This document shows, in pieces, positions 14,908 to 28,926 of a DNA stretch of 64,000 nucleotides. A program made the translations under genes and the position numbers. Positions within the stretch are counted from its first letter, which is position 1. Each line of letters opens with the position of its first letter. This stretch comes from Bigelowiella natans CCMP2755 (taxonomy: Eukaryota > Protista > Cercozoa), in contig ADNK01001727.1 in NCBI GenBank assembly GCA_000320545.1, forward strand, positions 38,271 to 102,270. Reading direction: 5' to 3'. The notes under the pieces were generated by a model that saw nothing but the letters and a program-made list of their open reading frames with translations, did no database searches and was not told the origin of the DNA.

Positions 14908-15581
14908 TTAATTGGAGTTTGTTAGTTTTCCTTCCTTTGTGACAGCCGTACTGAAAGTCTCCACTCGCACGGAAGGCTTTGCGAAAGCCTACGTAACACA
15001 GAAAATAATAGTTATATAGTATACTTACATACAATACAAACACTATCATAGAAAAACAGACACGTACAAATGTTACATTGTTAGCGTTATATGTTCTGTC
15101 TTTTATGGAAAGGTGCAAATATAGCAAACTTGAGTCGGAAATGAATGATTCGTTCTATCTGATGTATGTTGTTGAAGTAGAAATAGTAATTACTGACCTC
15201 TTTAGGAAGCGCATTTCCATTGACGCTAATGTTGACAGGATTTGACACGGTGACGCAAGGATATACTCTCTCTTTGAATTCATTTACTGATTTGCGACTT
15301 AGGTTCTACAATATAGCAATGAGAAGGAAGAAGTACCTTGTTAAATTTTTACTAGTCGTTTGGAAGAAATGATGAAAGAGTATTTGAAGTGTTGTTCGTA
15401 ATACCGGGCGATTGACATAGATAACATCGCCTATCTTGATATATTCCCTCAGAGAAGACACTACGTCGTAGATAGAAACCACAAACCTACCATCCGCAAT
15501 TGTAACGACGCAACCATCATAATAGCAACACATCACACCAATCATTTATACTGTGAATGCTAACCAAAGGTTTACTGTTAT

Positions 15582-15616
<35 letters not shown>

Positions 15617-15854
15617 ATCAAAGGTTTACTGCTATTGCTGCTGCTACTACTACTACTACAAGGTTTACTGTTATTGCTACTACTACTACTACTACTACTA
15701 CTACCACGTATCCTACTTCATCATCATTTCGTAAAAAGAATTATAATAAATGTCATTATCACCAGAAAGCATTACCACCATTACCACCATTATCATCATT
15801 ATCATCATCCGTTGTACTACATTTTACTTATTCGAATGCTATCACTACTACCAT

Positions 15855-15888
<34 letters not shown>

Positions 15889-15977
15889 GCACTGCTACTA
15901 CTAGTACTGTTGATATTACATGTTGTTTTTTTTGTCCATGACAATGAAAGATACGGGTACACTCTCGGGTCTGAGTA

Positions 15978-16013
<36 letters not shown>

Positions 16014-16036
16014 TCAAGAACACATACGCACACACA

Positions 16037-16115
<79 letters not shown>

Positions 16116-16177
16116 TAGCAGCAGCAAAGTTGAGACGACAACAGACAGAATAGCATTTAGCAGAGGATGCTATCGGT

Positions 16178-16211
<34 letters not shown>

Positions 16212-17192
16212 CTCGTGACTGGGGACACAGTTACACCAACCAGGAAAGTGTCTTTGTTTTCCCCATTTTCCAATTCATCAAGCTCCACACGTTTTGAATT
16301 CCTGTAGTCGGAGTAATAACGGGTGGTCAGGGATTCGGACGAATGCAAAACCAGGCAATAAAACAAAGTATGATAGCGATTACTATTTACACAATATTAT
16401 TCAAACTCACACTCACAAGCAGCAGGGAAAAACACGAAAGCCGACAGTTGACTACATATTCTTGCACCTCTTCATTATGGTTTTTGAGGTGTTATTGTGC
16501 TATTGCCATAATTATGCTTCTTGCTCTTCTTTCTCTACTCGTTTCACTTCTTCTTCTCTCCTCTTTTTGATTCTTCTTCTTGACACTACTCACTTTATTT
16601 GACAGTTTTCGGGAATGACTGATGCAAGCTTGGCCAACTTTTTACCCTTTCCGATGATACAAACACACGCGCGCACGCACACACGCAAATATAAGCTTGA
16701 AGAAACAGAAAATTAAAATGAGATATCCATGCGGATAGATACTATTCACAAACCAATATGTTTGAAAGCAAGTATGAGAAAGAGAGAGAGAGAGAGAGAG
16801 GGAGGGGGGGGGAGGGATGGGGGAAAGAGAGGTAACACTTTTTAAAACTTGAGTATCATACGAATAATTATTGCTATTGCCACCTTTATTCCATTTCTTG
16901 TCGCTACTAGTTTGGCGAGTTTGGTGACAAACCTGCAGACAACATCAACATATGATGAGACATTAAGCCAACAGAATGCCAGGAATAACTAATAAGAAGC
17001 TATATTTTCGTAAAATAATTCGTTGATCCCAAAAAAAGAGATGTTACATGATATTATATGGCTGCAGCATCCACCTGTTGATATTGTCGATTTGGTCTTG
17101 ACCTGGTAGCTGCGGGTCCAAGGCAATAGCCTTTTTATAACCATCAATAGCTTCCTGGAAATTCTCGTAGTACCTATTGTTGTTGTTAAAAC

Positions 17193-17240
<48 letters not shown>

Positions 17241-18183
17241 AGCAGGCTATAGGAAGTACGTATCCTAAGGCAATAAATTGAAGGAGATAGTTATTCCGGA
17301 CTTGTTCTTTCGGAACTATCATCATCTACTGACGCACTTCAGTACTTGCTCTCATAAAATAGTTGCTATGAGATGATTTGCACTAGACAATTAATTTTAG
17401 GAAATTATTGTTTACTTGTAAACATTGGCTCGATTGTAATAGAGATCTGGCTTCTTATTAGCCGAGTCGACAGTACTTTTCTCAGCAGCCTATATTATAA
17501 AAAGTAGTATCAGCAGTAAGTAACCCTTCTAGATACATGATGAGTAGCATCAGTTAGTGGTTGTTACACCGACTGTTCTGTCGTTCTACGTAGCATAGCC
17601 CTTGGGAAAGTGTTTAAAATTCAAATAAACAGAAACATTGTTTATATCTCACATCTCCTTTCTCACCTCGTAAGCTTTGAGACACCCTTCAAGATCCGAA
17701 GTGGCGAAGGTTGTGAAGAAAGTCATCATATATGCGTTTCCAAGGATGTACCACTTTAAAAAAAGTTGGAAGTCATCATATTTGCGTTTCCAAGGATGTA
17801 ACACTTTAGAAAAGAAGGGTAAATGAAAAACCAACCAATCTCACAACAAGGCTAAAATTAACCTTTAAGGAGTTTATAAATTTAATTAAATGTAAACGTT
17901 TTGCATACAGATTCTCCATCCTTAACATCAAGAGCAATTGCCCTCTTCGCAAGCTTAATACTCTCCGCAAGTCTAGATCGTTTCCTGAAATGAGTGAGAA
18001 TTGAATATGCACATTTCTAATACCGACATTATATACACATTTTCACACTTTCCCGCAAGTGGTAGTTACCGCGATTTCAAATGATTTATACATTACATGT
18101 ATTGAAATAGCTATATGATTTTACATTATTTACATGTAATGGATTATAGATCTCAACAACATATTTAGATTGTAGTGCATACG

Positions 18184-18217
<34 letters not shown>

Positions 18218-19002
18218 GTGTGTGTGTGTGAGTGTGTGAAGGTGCATACATAATAGTTATGGTATAATGTAATATATTATATATATTAATAAAAATATTA
18301 GTATCTATATTTATATACTAATTATTCCGGATACTTACACCTATACCACACAAACAAATACATACACAAAAAACATACGCCACAGCATGCATATTTAGGA
18401 GAATATTTGCTACATTTATGAATTTATTAATCTTCCTGTACGCACGTGTCCTCTTCACCAAAGTTGCGAATGACCATCGATAGTTTCCGAAGAGATACCT
18501 GACGTGGCATATTAGGCCATTTTTTGGAGGGTATTTTGGATTGTCTACCTTATTTTCTTGCTGCTCGATTGCTCCTCGAAAGCAGTCACCAGCAGCCTTC
18601 AAATCTTTTTTCTTCCAGTACCTGTTTAATCAAATTTTACCATATATAAAAAAGTACTGCAGCTCATTTGAGGATTGATAATTACTCTGTTCCTAGACAA
18701 TTCCAAGCTTCTACAAGTCCGGGCTCAAGCTTTATAGCTTTTGTCAGGTGTTCTTCAGCTTCGGCTGTGTGTTCCGGTAAGGAGCCATATGCACGCCCCT
18801 TCCAGCAGGCACTCATTGCTTTCTGCGCGGCAGTTTTTTGATCCATAGCATCAACTTTCTTACAGATTTGGGATATAAGTTTGTTCATCCGGCGGATTTT
18901 TTCCTTGTGTGAAAGCGAGTACTGTTTATTAAGCTTATCGAGCTTTTCAAGCATCTTCCCAATAGCTTCTGCATTCCCATCTGGTGCCTCTACAGTCGAC
19001 AT
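14908..19002 (-). CDS. TTC5: Tetratricopeptide repeat protein 5 (TTC5/Strap) homologue: TPR array plus C-terminal OB fold, ~13 exons
   Basis: KGRAYGSLPEHTAEAEEHLTKAIKLEPGLVEAWNCLGTE|YWKKKDLKAAGDCFRGAIEQ|VSLRKLSMVIR|ESIKLAKRAIALDVKDGES|WYILGNAYM|NKKPDLYYNRANVYK|YYENFQEAIDGYKKAIALDP. OB part: ELENGENKD..., VVSIYDV...IGDVIYVNRP, YPCVTVSNPVNISVNGNALP. Final exon AFAKPSVRVETF...SN with stop at 14908-14910. Confidence 0.9.
15980..16212. repeat. Compound microsatellite block (TAG)n/(CA)n/(GA)n/(CTA)n, typical of the many intronic microsatellites in the window
   Basis: Directly visible. Similar (GAT)n, (TAG)n, (TA)n, (GA)n, (CA)n and (GAA)n runs fill most introns. Confidence 0.95.
17720..17815. repeat. 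Tandem duplication, 2 x ~50 bp, spanning a TTC5 splice acceptor
   Basis: aagtcatcatatatgcgtttccaaggatgtaccacttta vs aagtcatcatatttgcgtttccaaggatgtaacacttta. Confidence 0.9.
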
Positions 19003-20176
19003 ATTTTGAGGATAGATTCCTTTTCAAATCAGCATTGTTAAAAAAAGGTGGACTCAGTAAAGAGAATATGTGACGTCTATGTGATCATCATCCATGGGTC
19101 GGGAAATGTCATCACGAAGAAGAAACACAGTCTGAAGAAATTGAATCGTATTCGATTGAGGACTCTAAGTGAGCATATACGCCATTGATACAGATGTTTC
19201 GTCTTCCAAAAGGTGCCGTGGAAACCATTCTGACCCGGCAGCGGTTTCATGAAAGTGCTCACCGGGTGATGCTCTATGGTTGAGGTATGCGTGTGTGTGT
19301 GGAAACTACGAAAAGCGTTTTGTTTTCTGAAGACTTTTCAGGCACAAAACAACAGCCAAATGTTTACATGCTCAGATAATTTACTCCTTATTCATCGTCA
19401 ATTTCATGTCTTCTTACGAATTATTGCTACTTTTTGATGATTCGGAAAAACTATGGAGGAAAATACGAGCTGTATCGAATCCAACCCTTCCGATTTCTTC
19501 CCGCCAATTAATTACCCTGACAACTACAAGGCTATATTCTTGTGTAGACAAAGAAATTTGAGCACATTTGTGTTTTAAACGCAACAGCCGAGAAGGATAG
19601 GAGCAGAAAAGAGAAATTTAGAAATTTGAAAGGTTCAAAAGCACGTTGGTACTTCCTGCTCTCCCCGCCAACTCCGATTTTCGTGCAAAATTCTACATAA
19701 ACCTCGAAGAAACCTCTGTGAGGCATTTTAAAATGTTCCGAGAATGAGATGAGAATTAGCTTCTTCCTCCTTCCTCCGGTCTGAGATTCTGACATTTCGC
19801 CTTAGACCAACCCATTCCTAAGAACTTACGCAATTTTCTTGGAGTTGAGCGTTTGGAATGCATTATTCCATTATTCCTCGTCGCACCCAGGGAAAACACA
19901 CGGATTTCATAGGATTTTTGGCCAATTTAAGTTTTCTTCTTTCCATATGTCGCTTTTTTTTATGTCAAAAAGCAGTCATGCTTCTAGGTAGTCGCTACCA
20001 AACGAGTTTATTTGAAAACAGTGATAATTGATTATGTCTCTTACTAAAATACAATGCGTAAATCGCATACAGAATAACTTTTGAGGAAACATGACCGGCA
20101 GTTGGGTCTGAAAAGGAAGTTCGTGTTCTACCTCAAAGCACGGTCGATCGAAGTCCCTAAATTTGGGGACCTGACT

Positions 20177-20817
20177 ATGGGATCCGGTGCTTACAGTTCT
20201 GCTACAATAACAACAGGCGTTGGAAGGAGTGCCATAGCTGAGAGTAATATGCAATCCTTTGGTGAGGCGAACTCTATCGAGGCATCTTTTCCATCTCCTC
20301 AATCGCCTTGCCAGCCTGTCACAAACACTCCAGCTTCAAGTTCTTACTCCAGCAGTAGAAGGACCCCCCCTCATAATCGTGTAGCAAAACTGGGATTGAA
20401 GTTTAGGCCTGGAAAGACATCACCAATAGCAATTTCGGAGAAAAGGATTTCTGTTAATGTTCAAAGTACTCCATTCAATACCCCTTCCCCCATACCTTCA
20501 CCAATTGTTTGCGCTGAATTGAAGAAAAAGAAGAATCCAGTGCATTACCGCTACTCAGTAGTTAATAGATCCCGACCTTTACGTTCGTTCTCTAATCATA
20601 AGAGAACTGCCGTCAACAAAAATAAAGCAATAGGAGTTGTTAAGTCAAACAACATCTCGTGCTCGCGCTCGCTTTCTTTCACGGCTTCCTCCTCTCATAA
20701 CGCAAACAATACTGGGAGTAGTAACATGGAAACCAAAACGAAGAGCAAACATTTAGAATCGAAGTTGCACAAAGTGGGATCTATTACTAGTGCAGCTACT
20801 TCTCCACAATTTGAACA

Positions 20818-20848
<31 letters not shown>

Positions 20849-22506
20849 ACCGTGTTCAAGGAGGACACCTGTGGCCAGCTATCTCCACCCCTTCATTATA
20901 GCGAGTACAAAGAGAAAAGCCCGTGGAGACGAACATCAGCATCTGAGGGACTTAATGGATTTTCAGTCGAGGAGACCCTGTGCCAGACTGTTATGGGAAG
21001 TGGTACTTACCATACACCTGTAGTTCGATCGATCTTCGCACGAATCTTAAAATGTATTCTTCCATGGTTTCTGTACCCATATAATGATAACGACATGGCA
21101 AAGCAACTGTCCTTTAATTGTATAAAAAAGTCATTGTTTATGTATTTTCAACTTAGTAAAAAAATGTTACCGTATCTCGGACGGCTTGGAGTGTATCCTT
21201 AAGGTTTCTCGCGTTAACCGTGGGCCGAGAGATAGTACCATTGAGAACCCAGCAATGGAGGTAAAATGCACTACCAAATACAATGAATGCTTGTGCATGT
21301 ATTTTTGTACAACTAAAAATTTTTGAAAATGGTGCATGTATTTGTGTACAACTAAAGATTCTTTGAAAATGGTGACAAATTTGCAAGCAGTTACAGACTA
21401 GAAACTCGAATACATTGGATGCATGAAGAAACCAACCCTTCCTCTTGCGAATCTTGTTTTCATTGCTTATTCTCACTGTCTGAGGCAATTTCGTAGCCGA
21501 GCTTGTATCTTGTGTATATCGCTAGTTATTAGCTAAATCGCACGATGATTAATTAAATGATTAGGTGGAAGCTCTGAAGAAACTAGGATCTTGCCATGAT
21601 AGCAAGATTGTAGCCCATTCCAACATCATAAGGCTGGTCCATCATGTAGAGCGGCCCGGTGCTGTTTGGGCTGTGATGGAGTATGCGACTGCTGGCGAGT
21701 TGTTTGATTTTGTATCGGCTCAAGGGGCACTGAAAGAAGCAGAAGCTCGAGACATCCTAAGGCAGTGTGCAGGAGCTGTTGCTTTTATGCATGAGAGGGG
21801 CATCGCGCATCTAGATCTCAGCCTCGAAAATATTTTAATGCATCGCACATACGATGGGAAGGTAATTCCAAAGATTATCGATTTTGGCATGTCGCAGGAG
21901 ATCAAGAAACTGCCACCTCGTTGTTCCTCCCCCCCCTCCTCCCCAACTTCTTCGAATGCTGGTGCTGTCAACGTATCTAGTTCTGGGGCTACTGTGCCTT
22001 CTTCTCTGAAGACTAATAGTGTGTCTACCGCCTCTCCTTGTGGAGGGTTTCATCATCAGCATCAGCATCACCATAACCACCATCATCTTCACGATGCTTC
22101 TGTTCGACGCCCGGGAAAGCCTTCATACATGGCCCCGGAGATTTACGCTGGTGACAAATTCAATCCCCAAAAGGCAGACGCTTTCAGTCTAGGAGTTGTC
22201 CATTTTGTCATGCTAACAGGAGTCCCGCCCTTTCGACTTGCAACTCCTCACGACAAAAGATTCAAGTTTGTCGTAGGAAGTGAAAAGCGCATTCACCGTA
22301 TCTGTGAGAAATGGAAGAGGCCAATTACAAAAGAATCCGCCCGGTTTCTGGCCAAACTGGTTTCTTATGCGACGAATAGACTAACTGTACAGGAAATGGT
22401 CAAGACGGACTATATGATTACGGCATCGAACAATAACTCTTCAAAACCACATATTCTTGGTGGGGGGGAAGGAGAAGGAGTGGGAGAAGGAGGACGGGGG
22501 AAATAG
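20177..22506 (+). CDS. Ser/Thr protein kinase, CAMK-like group; 3 exons (20177-21002, 21157-21260, 21565-22506); long disordered N-terminus
   Basis: Spliced product LCQTVMGS|VKKC...ECILKV...ENPAME|VEALKKL...HSNIIRL...VMEYATAGELFD...HLDLSLENIL...IIDFG...GKPSYMAPE...DAFSLGV...GVPPF. Intron phases are compatible. Confidence 0.93.
21295..21374. repeat. Tandem duplication, 2 x ~39 bp, in kinase intron 2
   Basis: gcatgtatttttgtacaactaaaaatttttgaaaatggt vs gcatgtatttgtgtacaactaaagattctttgaaaatggt. Confidence 0.85.
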
Positions 22507-24081
22507 GATTAGATATCAAGGCTTTTTCGCTAAAAAATATCTGACTGTTCAGTTCCAGAATTTTACTACTTCCCCCTTCTTCAACAACAATTATCCCGTG
22601 TAGATTGATGTATAGCCAAATTTGTATGTAAAATACAAACACACACACACACACACACTAATATAGAAGTAAACTAAGAAGAAAAATTAGAAATTAGATA
22701 AAAAAATAAAGTGTCTCACGAGCCTAAGACATTAAGCACATAAATTGTACAAATACTGGAATATTAACATCAGCCTTATTTTGTTCAAATTCTAGAAAAT
22801 CGACACCAGCTTTATTTGTACTTTGTAAAGGCACACAAATTAACAATCGCTAGTGTCCATTCTTATTGTTTCACCTTTATCGCCGTAATTGTATTGATAA
22901 TCAATCTTGGTGTAGGAGATACTACTTATTCTTTTCCCCATCAATGGAAGGTAGTAGTAGCATATGGAGAAGTAGTGTAGTTCAGCCTCCTGCTATCTGC
23001 TCATAGTTTTCATAGAATTTTACTCTGCTATTGGTAACAAGCATGTCAAGTCTCGTATACAGAATACTGTACATCCAAATTATCAGCGGTGGAAAATAAA
23101 GAGATAGGGAGGCACAGACAGATATAGCACTGATAGTAGCTGGAATAAGTGCATTTAAAATAAGAGCAATCACTATGATCTCGATTCTTTGAAACGAGGC
23201 TACAATTGCGAGGCAGGGATGATATGTATAGGCCCTTAATCTCTAGCGTGCAGGTGCGATTGAACATATCGCAATAGAATGAATTGCGATAGACAATGTT
23301 CAATTATGATATGTATTTACACTTAAAAAGCACATAATAGCATCATTTACAAGGGAGCAGCCATAATAACTTTCCACCTTGTCCAAATGTGCGGATAGCT
23401 AAACTAGTAATAGTTATGCTGCAGTGAAATCTCTAGATCTCGCGACCTGATGCCTGCGTAGAATCGCATTTGTTCTAGCGTACGAAATCAACAGAGGGCT
23501 ATGGTTATCCCTAGTGTAGTTTGATAGCTGCAGATGGCATGCACGTACGACTATTCGCTGCGCTTCACATGATCATGCACATTGCACTTGACCACAGATG
23601 TGTGTCTAGCTAGCTAGCTAGCTAGCTAGCGTAAGCTTGTGTATTTTTCCATCAGTCTAGCAGCAGTGCCGCAGCCCTTCGAGCCTGTATTTGTATTCTA
23701 CTTGACATTGCGAAAAGTTATACATTGCGATCGATAGTCTAAGTCTAGAAGTTATGTGCCAAATTTAACGCAAAAAAAATTTCATCTGTCTAGCTGTACT
23801 ATAGCATCTAGCTAGATACACCTAGAGACACATGTAATTATCATGCAAGGTATTTCTTCAAATTTTTCGTGGGCGCATGTCTAGATGTACGTGTGATGCC
23901 CTGGCTGGTCGACTGCTAGTAGCTGTTGTTTACCGACGACAAAATGATGAATCATTATTGTTAGCGGAACTCTATCAGCATTGGCACTGAACTAATCACT
24001 ACTTCTAATTTTATGCCAATTCTTCTTTTCGCTACATGTTTGGTACTAAATGACTAAACTATTCTGATATTTGATTCCTCA

Positions 24082-25631
24082 CTAAGGTAGTTGGGAAGAA
24101 GGATCAAATTTAAACGAGAAAGACCTAATCGAATTGGCCTCATCCTCTCGCTCTTCTTCGTCATCGAGGGCAAAGGCATCAGCTGTCATTTTCATAGCTT
24201 TCTCGTGGCTAGCTGTTGCTGCGTTTAACACATTATTGTGATTTTGCTCTTCCTCTCCCTCCTTATCACAAGAGGTAGTCGTAGTATTAGTAGTAGTAGC
24301 TATTGTCAGTACTTCACTTGACAAAGGACCATCGATACCCGCCACCTTTATACTGCACAGCTCTATGCTGCTGGTATCCACGTTTGAGTTTTTGATGCTT
24401 GTAGTTATAGCGCGATGATGATCTAGATTATTTTTGGTGTTATTATCGCTATTTAAAGTTTCTGAATCGTCATCATCGTTCTTCTTCTTCTTCCCTGCAG
24501 CTATAGCATTAGTCGAGGGATATATTACAAACAAGGAGAGTTGGAACACAGCAAGCATTAGGCCAATGCCTGCAGAGAGGAGAAGGTAGGGATCGTTGAT
24601 GCTGTGTGCAAGCGCTCCCCAAAAAAAGGAATTCCCTAAGCACGTTAAGGACATCTTTAATGACATCACGTTTGCAGTTGATTTTTTCTTCACAACCTGA
24701 TATAAGTAGACATTCTCTTTGAATTCGTTCATATGTACTCACTAGTATCACCAATCTTACGATCGCATATTATTGTCCGTAGTATCAACACAACCAGTGA
24801 TATTACCGTTGCAGCTTTGCTGAGAGGAGATCCCAGCATGGCTACATAGACCAAATTTGCACATATCCCTGCAAAATGCAACCTCCGCTGCTTGCTACCT
24901 TGCTCATTATCATCAATTTTTCTATCTTCATCATTTTCAACTTCGCTCTTGCCCCCATAGTAGTCGAGCCCCACTACATACATTCCGAGAGTAAGGATTG
25001 CAAGCAAAAACTGTCTTCTATGCTCCTTTGGTGTCTCGGAGTAGCGGAGAAATATCAGCGCATAGAACAGACAGAGTAATGATCCAGGCCCGTTTACAAT
25101 CAGCATCTCGTTGTTTTCCGATATGATACCGTAGCTGAATCCGACTAGGTTAGGTAAGAAGATATTGAATAAAGCATCACGAGACTTTAAACCAAATCAC
25201 CATTCCCCTCTATAAATGCAATCGTGTTCTGTTCCCAAATTCTAGGTTTAGAAATACTCTTGCACATTTTATTGTCCTTTCTCTGTACCAGCATTGTTGA
25301 GCAGCATTGCCAAAACCGACACGAATCCTACGGTCGATCCTGCCGTGCTTCCACGTTGGATAATTTTCCAGACTTCAGGGATAGGAGTGGTCATCAGTAC
25401 GCACGTTGAGGCAACCTAATGTTGTTGTATACGTCCTTGTTCATGTAGTATAAGACAATAATGATGATAATTCTTACAACTATTCATTTCACTTGTTGAT
25501 GCTTCAGTCATCCCTATCCCCCACTCGCTCGCGTAAAATAATACTTGACCAATCCCCAAAAAGAAGAGGAGGGCTATTGTAGTACTGTAGTACCGCAAGG
25601 CTAGAGATGACGCCCCGGAGGCCATTCTCAT
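24082..25631 (-). CDS. SWEET/MtN3-family sugar transporter, ~4 exons
   Basis: Two MtN3-like repeats: LMTTPIPEVWKIIQRGSTAG...SYGII..NEMLIVNGPG and AMLGSPLSKAAT|VVKKKSTANVMSLKMSL...FFWGALAHSINDPYLLLSAGIGLMLAVFQLSLFVIYP, followed by an acidic low-complexity tail. Confidence 0.9.
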
Positions 25632-26791
25632 TGATTTTGGCGAATGTTTCCTCCAGATCCGATGATGTCATCATACCCGTGACGATGACGACAATACAGA
25701 ACGCAGAGGAGGAGGAGGAGGAGGAGGAGGAGGAGAACGCCCACTAAATTCTTTCACAAATTAAATGCCTTCCTACTGCGTTTGGCGTATGGCAGCGGAA
25801 GGCTTGTGGTCCGCGTTGTGCGTTAGAGAGTACTGAAGTGATCACGTTTGCTTGTTTTTTCTCCGTCCTCGCCCCTCAGAATAATTGTACCAAAAGCCAC
25901 ACGTAGTCGAGCGGGGGGTACTTGTGCTACTGTTGTTATTGTTGTTACTGTTGTTCGATGTAGTTTAATTTTAGTAGATATTTATTCGTAATATTTTGTG
26001 TCGCTGGTTGAGGCGGTAAACTGAGCTGGGAAGTCAAGGGCGCGAAAAGAATAACTAACTAACAAACTAACTAACTGAACTTTGGTGAACAAACATAGAT
26101 CTAGCTGGGAAATTAAGGATGTGACCAGGAACTTAAAAAAACTAACTTGTGGGAAAAAATGAGACTAGATCTATATCATCCTACTTCCTAGTACAAATAA
26201 TGTGGGAATAATATCTAAAAGCAGAGACAATTATATTTTTCTGGAAGCATTCATTATTTTCTTGTGTCGCAATAGTACATCAATTATATTAACTAGCAGG
26301 CGGTTACAGAAGAAGCACCATATTCAATTATTTTATGCGCATAATATTATCAACTTCATGAAATATCGTTTATCACGATCATCATTATCCTCACCAACTT
26401 AGTTATTATTCTTCTTACTATTATTTTGCACGTGTTTTATCCTAAAAAAAAGCTACTATCTCTACTAAATTGTTGTTTTCATTGTTGTCACCTACTACCC
26501 GGGATCTAAACCCCACCACCCCTGTCACTAGGGTATGCTCTGAATCGGAGCAGTACCAAGAGGATAGGGAGAGAGATCTTCAGCCCATTAACGAAATCGT
26601 TTCCCTTCGCCGCATTACCTGCAGGTCAATGTTTGGACGATTTTGTGTAATTTGCCCATTATAGTTTTCGATATGTCTGTTCAACAACGGCAACAGCTAT
26701 TACTAAAACTGAGAATGGTTTATTTAGTCATTCCCCGACAGTTTTAGACGCTGCGAAGAGGAGTGCAGTAGGAAAAGAGAAGAATAATACA

Positions 26792-26860
26792 ATGATGTGG
26801 AGGCGAGGGAGCTTTAAACATCTTTCATCATCAATGTGTCGTGTGGCAGCGCAGCAGACC

Positions 26861-26894
<34 letters not shown>

Positions 26895-28434
26895 TTTTTC
26901 CCCGTGAAATGGCCACTACCACTCCTTATGCTGCCTCGTTGGCTGCTTCTGCCTCATTTTCCAAGTCATTGCCAATGGCAGTAGGGTATAGGGTGATGGG
27001 ACGACGTAGAAGGAGGAGAAAGATGATGATGACGATGCTTCATGGTCAAATCGCATTCCAACCTGCCGTTGTTGCAGCAACGGCTGCTGTTATGGTGGGA
27101 AGAGGAGGAGGAAGAGGAGAGCGTTCACGCCAAATAGTAGTGTCTCACATTTCTCCCTTTTCTGTGCGGCAAAGTCAGCCGCAGCATCAGCAGCAAGCAG
27201 CATGGTATAGTACAATGCGTGGAGATGAACAGCAGCAGCGAACACGTCGGAATAACCAGCACCAGCACCAGCAGCACAAACGTCTTACAACGCGACATAG
27301 GGAAGAAATGGGAGAGTTTTTCAAGGAGGCGGTGGCCACGCTGAAGCTAATCCAGGAAGAATATGGAGGGGTTGGCATGGGAGGCAATGAAGAAAATCAA
27401 GCATTTCATCGGTCGGTGTAAAACATATTATTACAAGTAGTGTGAGTAGATCGTTTCACACCACGATGATGGCTCATATTATGTGATAACAGTACCTGTG
27501 GTATCATCACTGCCACTCTACATAAGACGTCGAGGCATTATTGTGCATATTATCTTCCGTCCTCCCTCTCTCTTCAGGTTAATCACCGGAGCAGCTCGAT
27601 TCTATGAACCTGATCGAGCACTGGTTGTAGATCTACTATGAAATAATACAAAAATATAAAATGTGCATGAAACAATATTCAGAACATGGATACTGAGTGT
27701 GATCATGCACTCTTTTCTTATTTTATTTGCTGTTTCTCGTTATTGTTTTATTAGATATGGCTTGAAAAGATGCAAGAGGCAGGATATACAGTCTCCAGAG
27801 GCCAGTAAGTAGCTACCAATTCGGCCTACTACTTACCCTCCTTTGCGATGAACGTATATAGTATATATGATAATGATGAGGATGATGATGATGATGTTGA
27901 TGATAATGATGCTCAAAGGATGATGATGATAGTGTTATTGTCATTATTGTAGTTGTAATTATCATTATGTAATAAATTATGGACGATCTCTCTTCACAAC
28001 AAAGGAGGCTTGAGCCATCTATCTGTACCATAAGCTTATTGTAGTTGTAATTATCATTATATAATATATTATGGACGATCTCTCTTCACAACAAAGGAGG
28101 CTTGAGCCATCTATCTGTAACATAAGCTTATATATCATTCTTAACATCAGTTACTGCAACCTATACTATCAATAGGCATAATATCGTCATCAACGCATTT
28201 GCTAAGAAGGCCATTTATGTAAGGGAAAGAGAGAGAGAGTATTGGTGGTACTGTGTATGCTAATGTGTATGTTGTGTTCGTATCACTTGTCGTTGTTGTT
28301 TGCTGCAGATCTCAACGCAGCCTAATGTCACCCAGAGCAAGAAGTAAGTCGTCACCATCGTATTATTAAGTCATTATCGATGGGAACGAGAAAACTAGTA
28401 CCATACAGCATCTAGCTGATAACGATTCTCTCTC

Positions 28435-28487
<53 letters not shown>

Positions 28488-28819
28488 CTTCTTCTCACTA
28501 ATTGTTGGTGCTGATGATTGGCCTGATGGTGATGCTGGTATTGACACGATAGCACATGCAGCCGTCTTGCGGACAAAGCTAAGATGCTGATGGAACAAAA
28601 TCACCATACTGATCATCAAGATGAGGATGATCTAACACCTTTCCGGGAGGTAGCAAGTAGTAGTAATAGTAGTAGCTTTTATATAAGTTATAATAATAAC
28701 AACCACCCAAGGAGGCTGAAAAGAGGAGGAGGAAGAGGAGGAAATATGGGGAAGGAAGAATCATCATCGGCGATCTTAAAGGCTGCTGCTGCTGCTTCTT
28801 CTGCTGCTACATGATGACA

Positions 28820-28853
<34 letters not shown>

Positions 28854-28894
28854 GGACGATGATGGATGTTCACCATCACTCTTATTATCATCAT

Positions 28895-28926
<32 letters not shown>

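Noticed and set aside
15553-16156. ORFs of poly-T/L/Y/V/SL residues, and dozens of similar ORFs across the window
   Set aside because: They are translations of intronic microsatellites; these ones lie within TTC5 introns.
1-19002. Kinesin plus TTC5 (tubulin mRNA autoregulation) as a microtubule gene cluster
   Set aside because: They are not adjacent, kinesins are numerous, and there is no evidence of shared regulation; probably coincidence.
20081-21202. 373-aa ORF as a separate gene
   Set aside because: It is kinase exon 1 (ATG 20177 to 21002) read through into intron 1.
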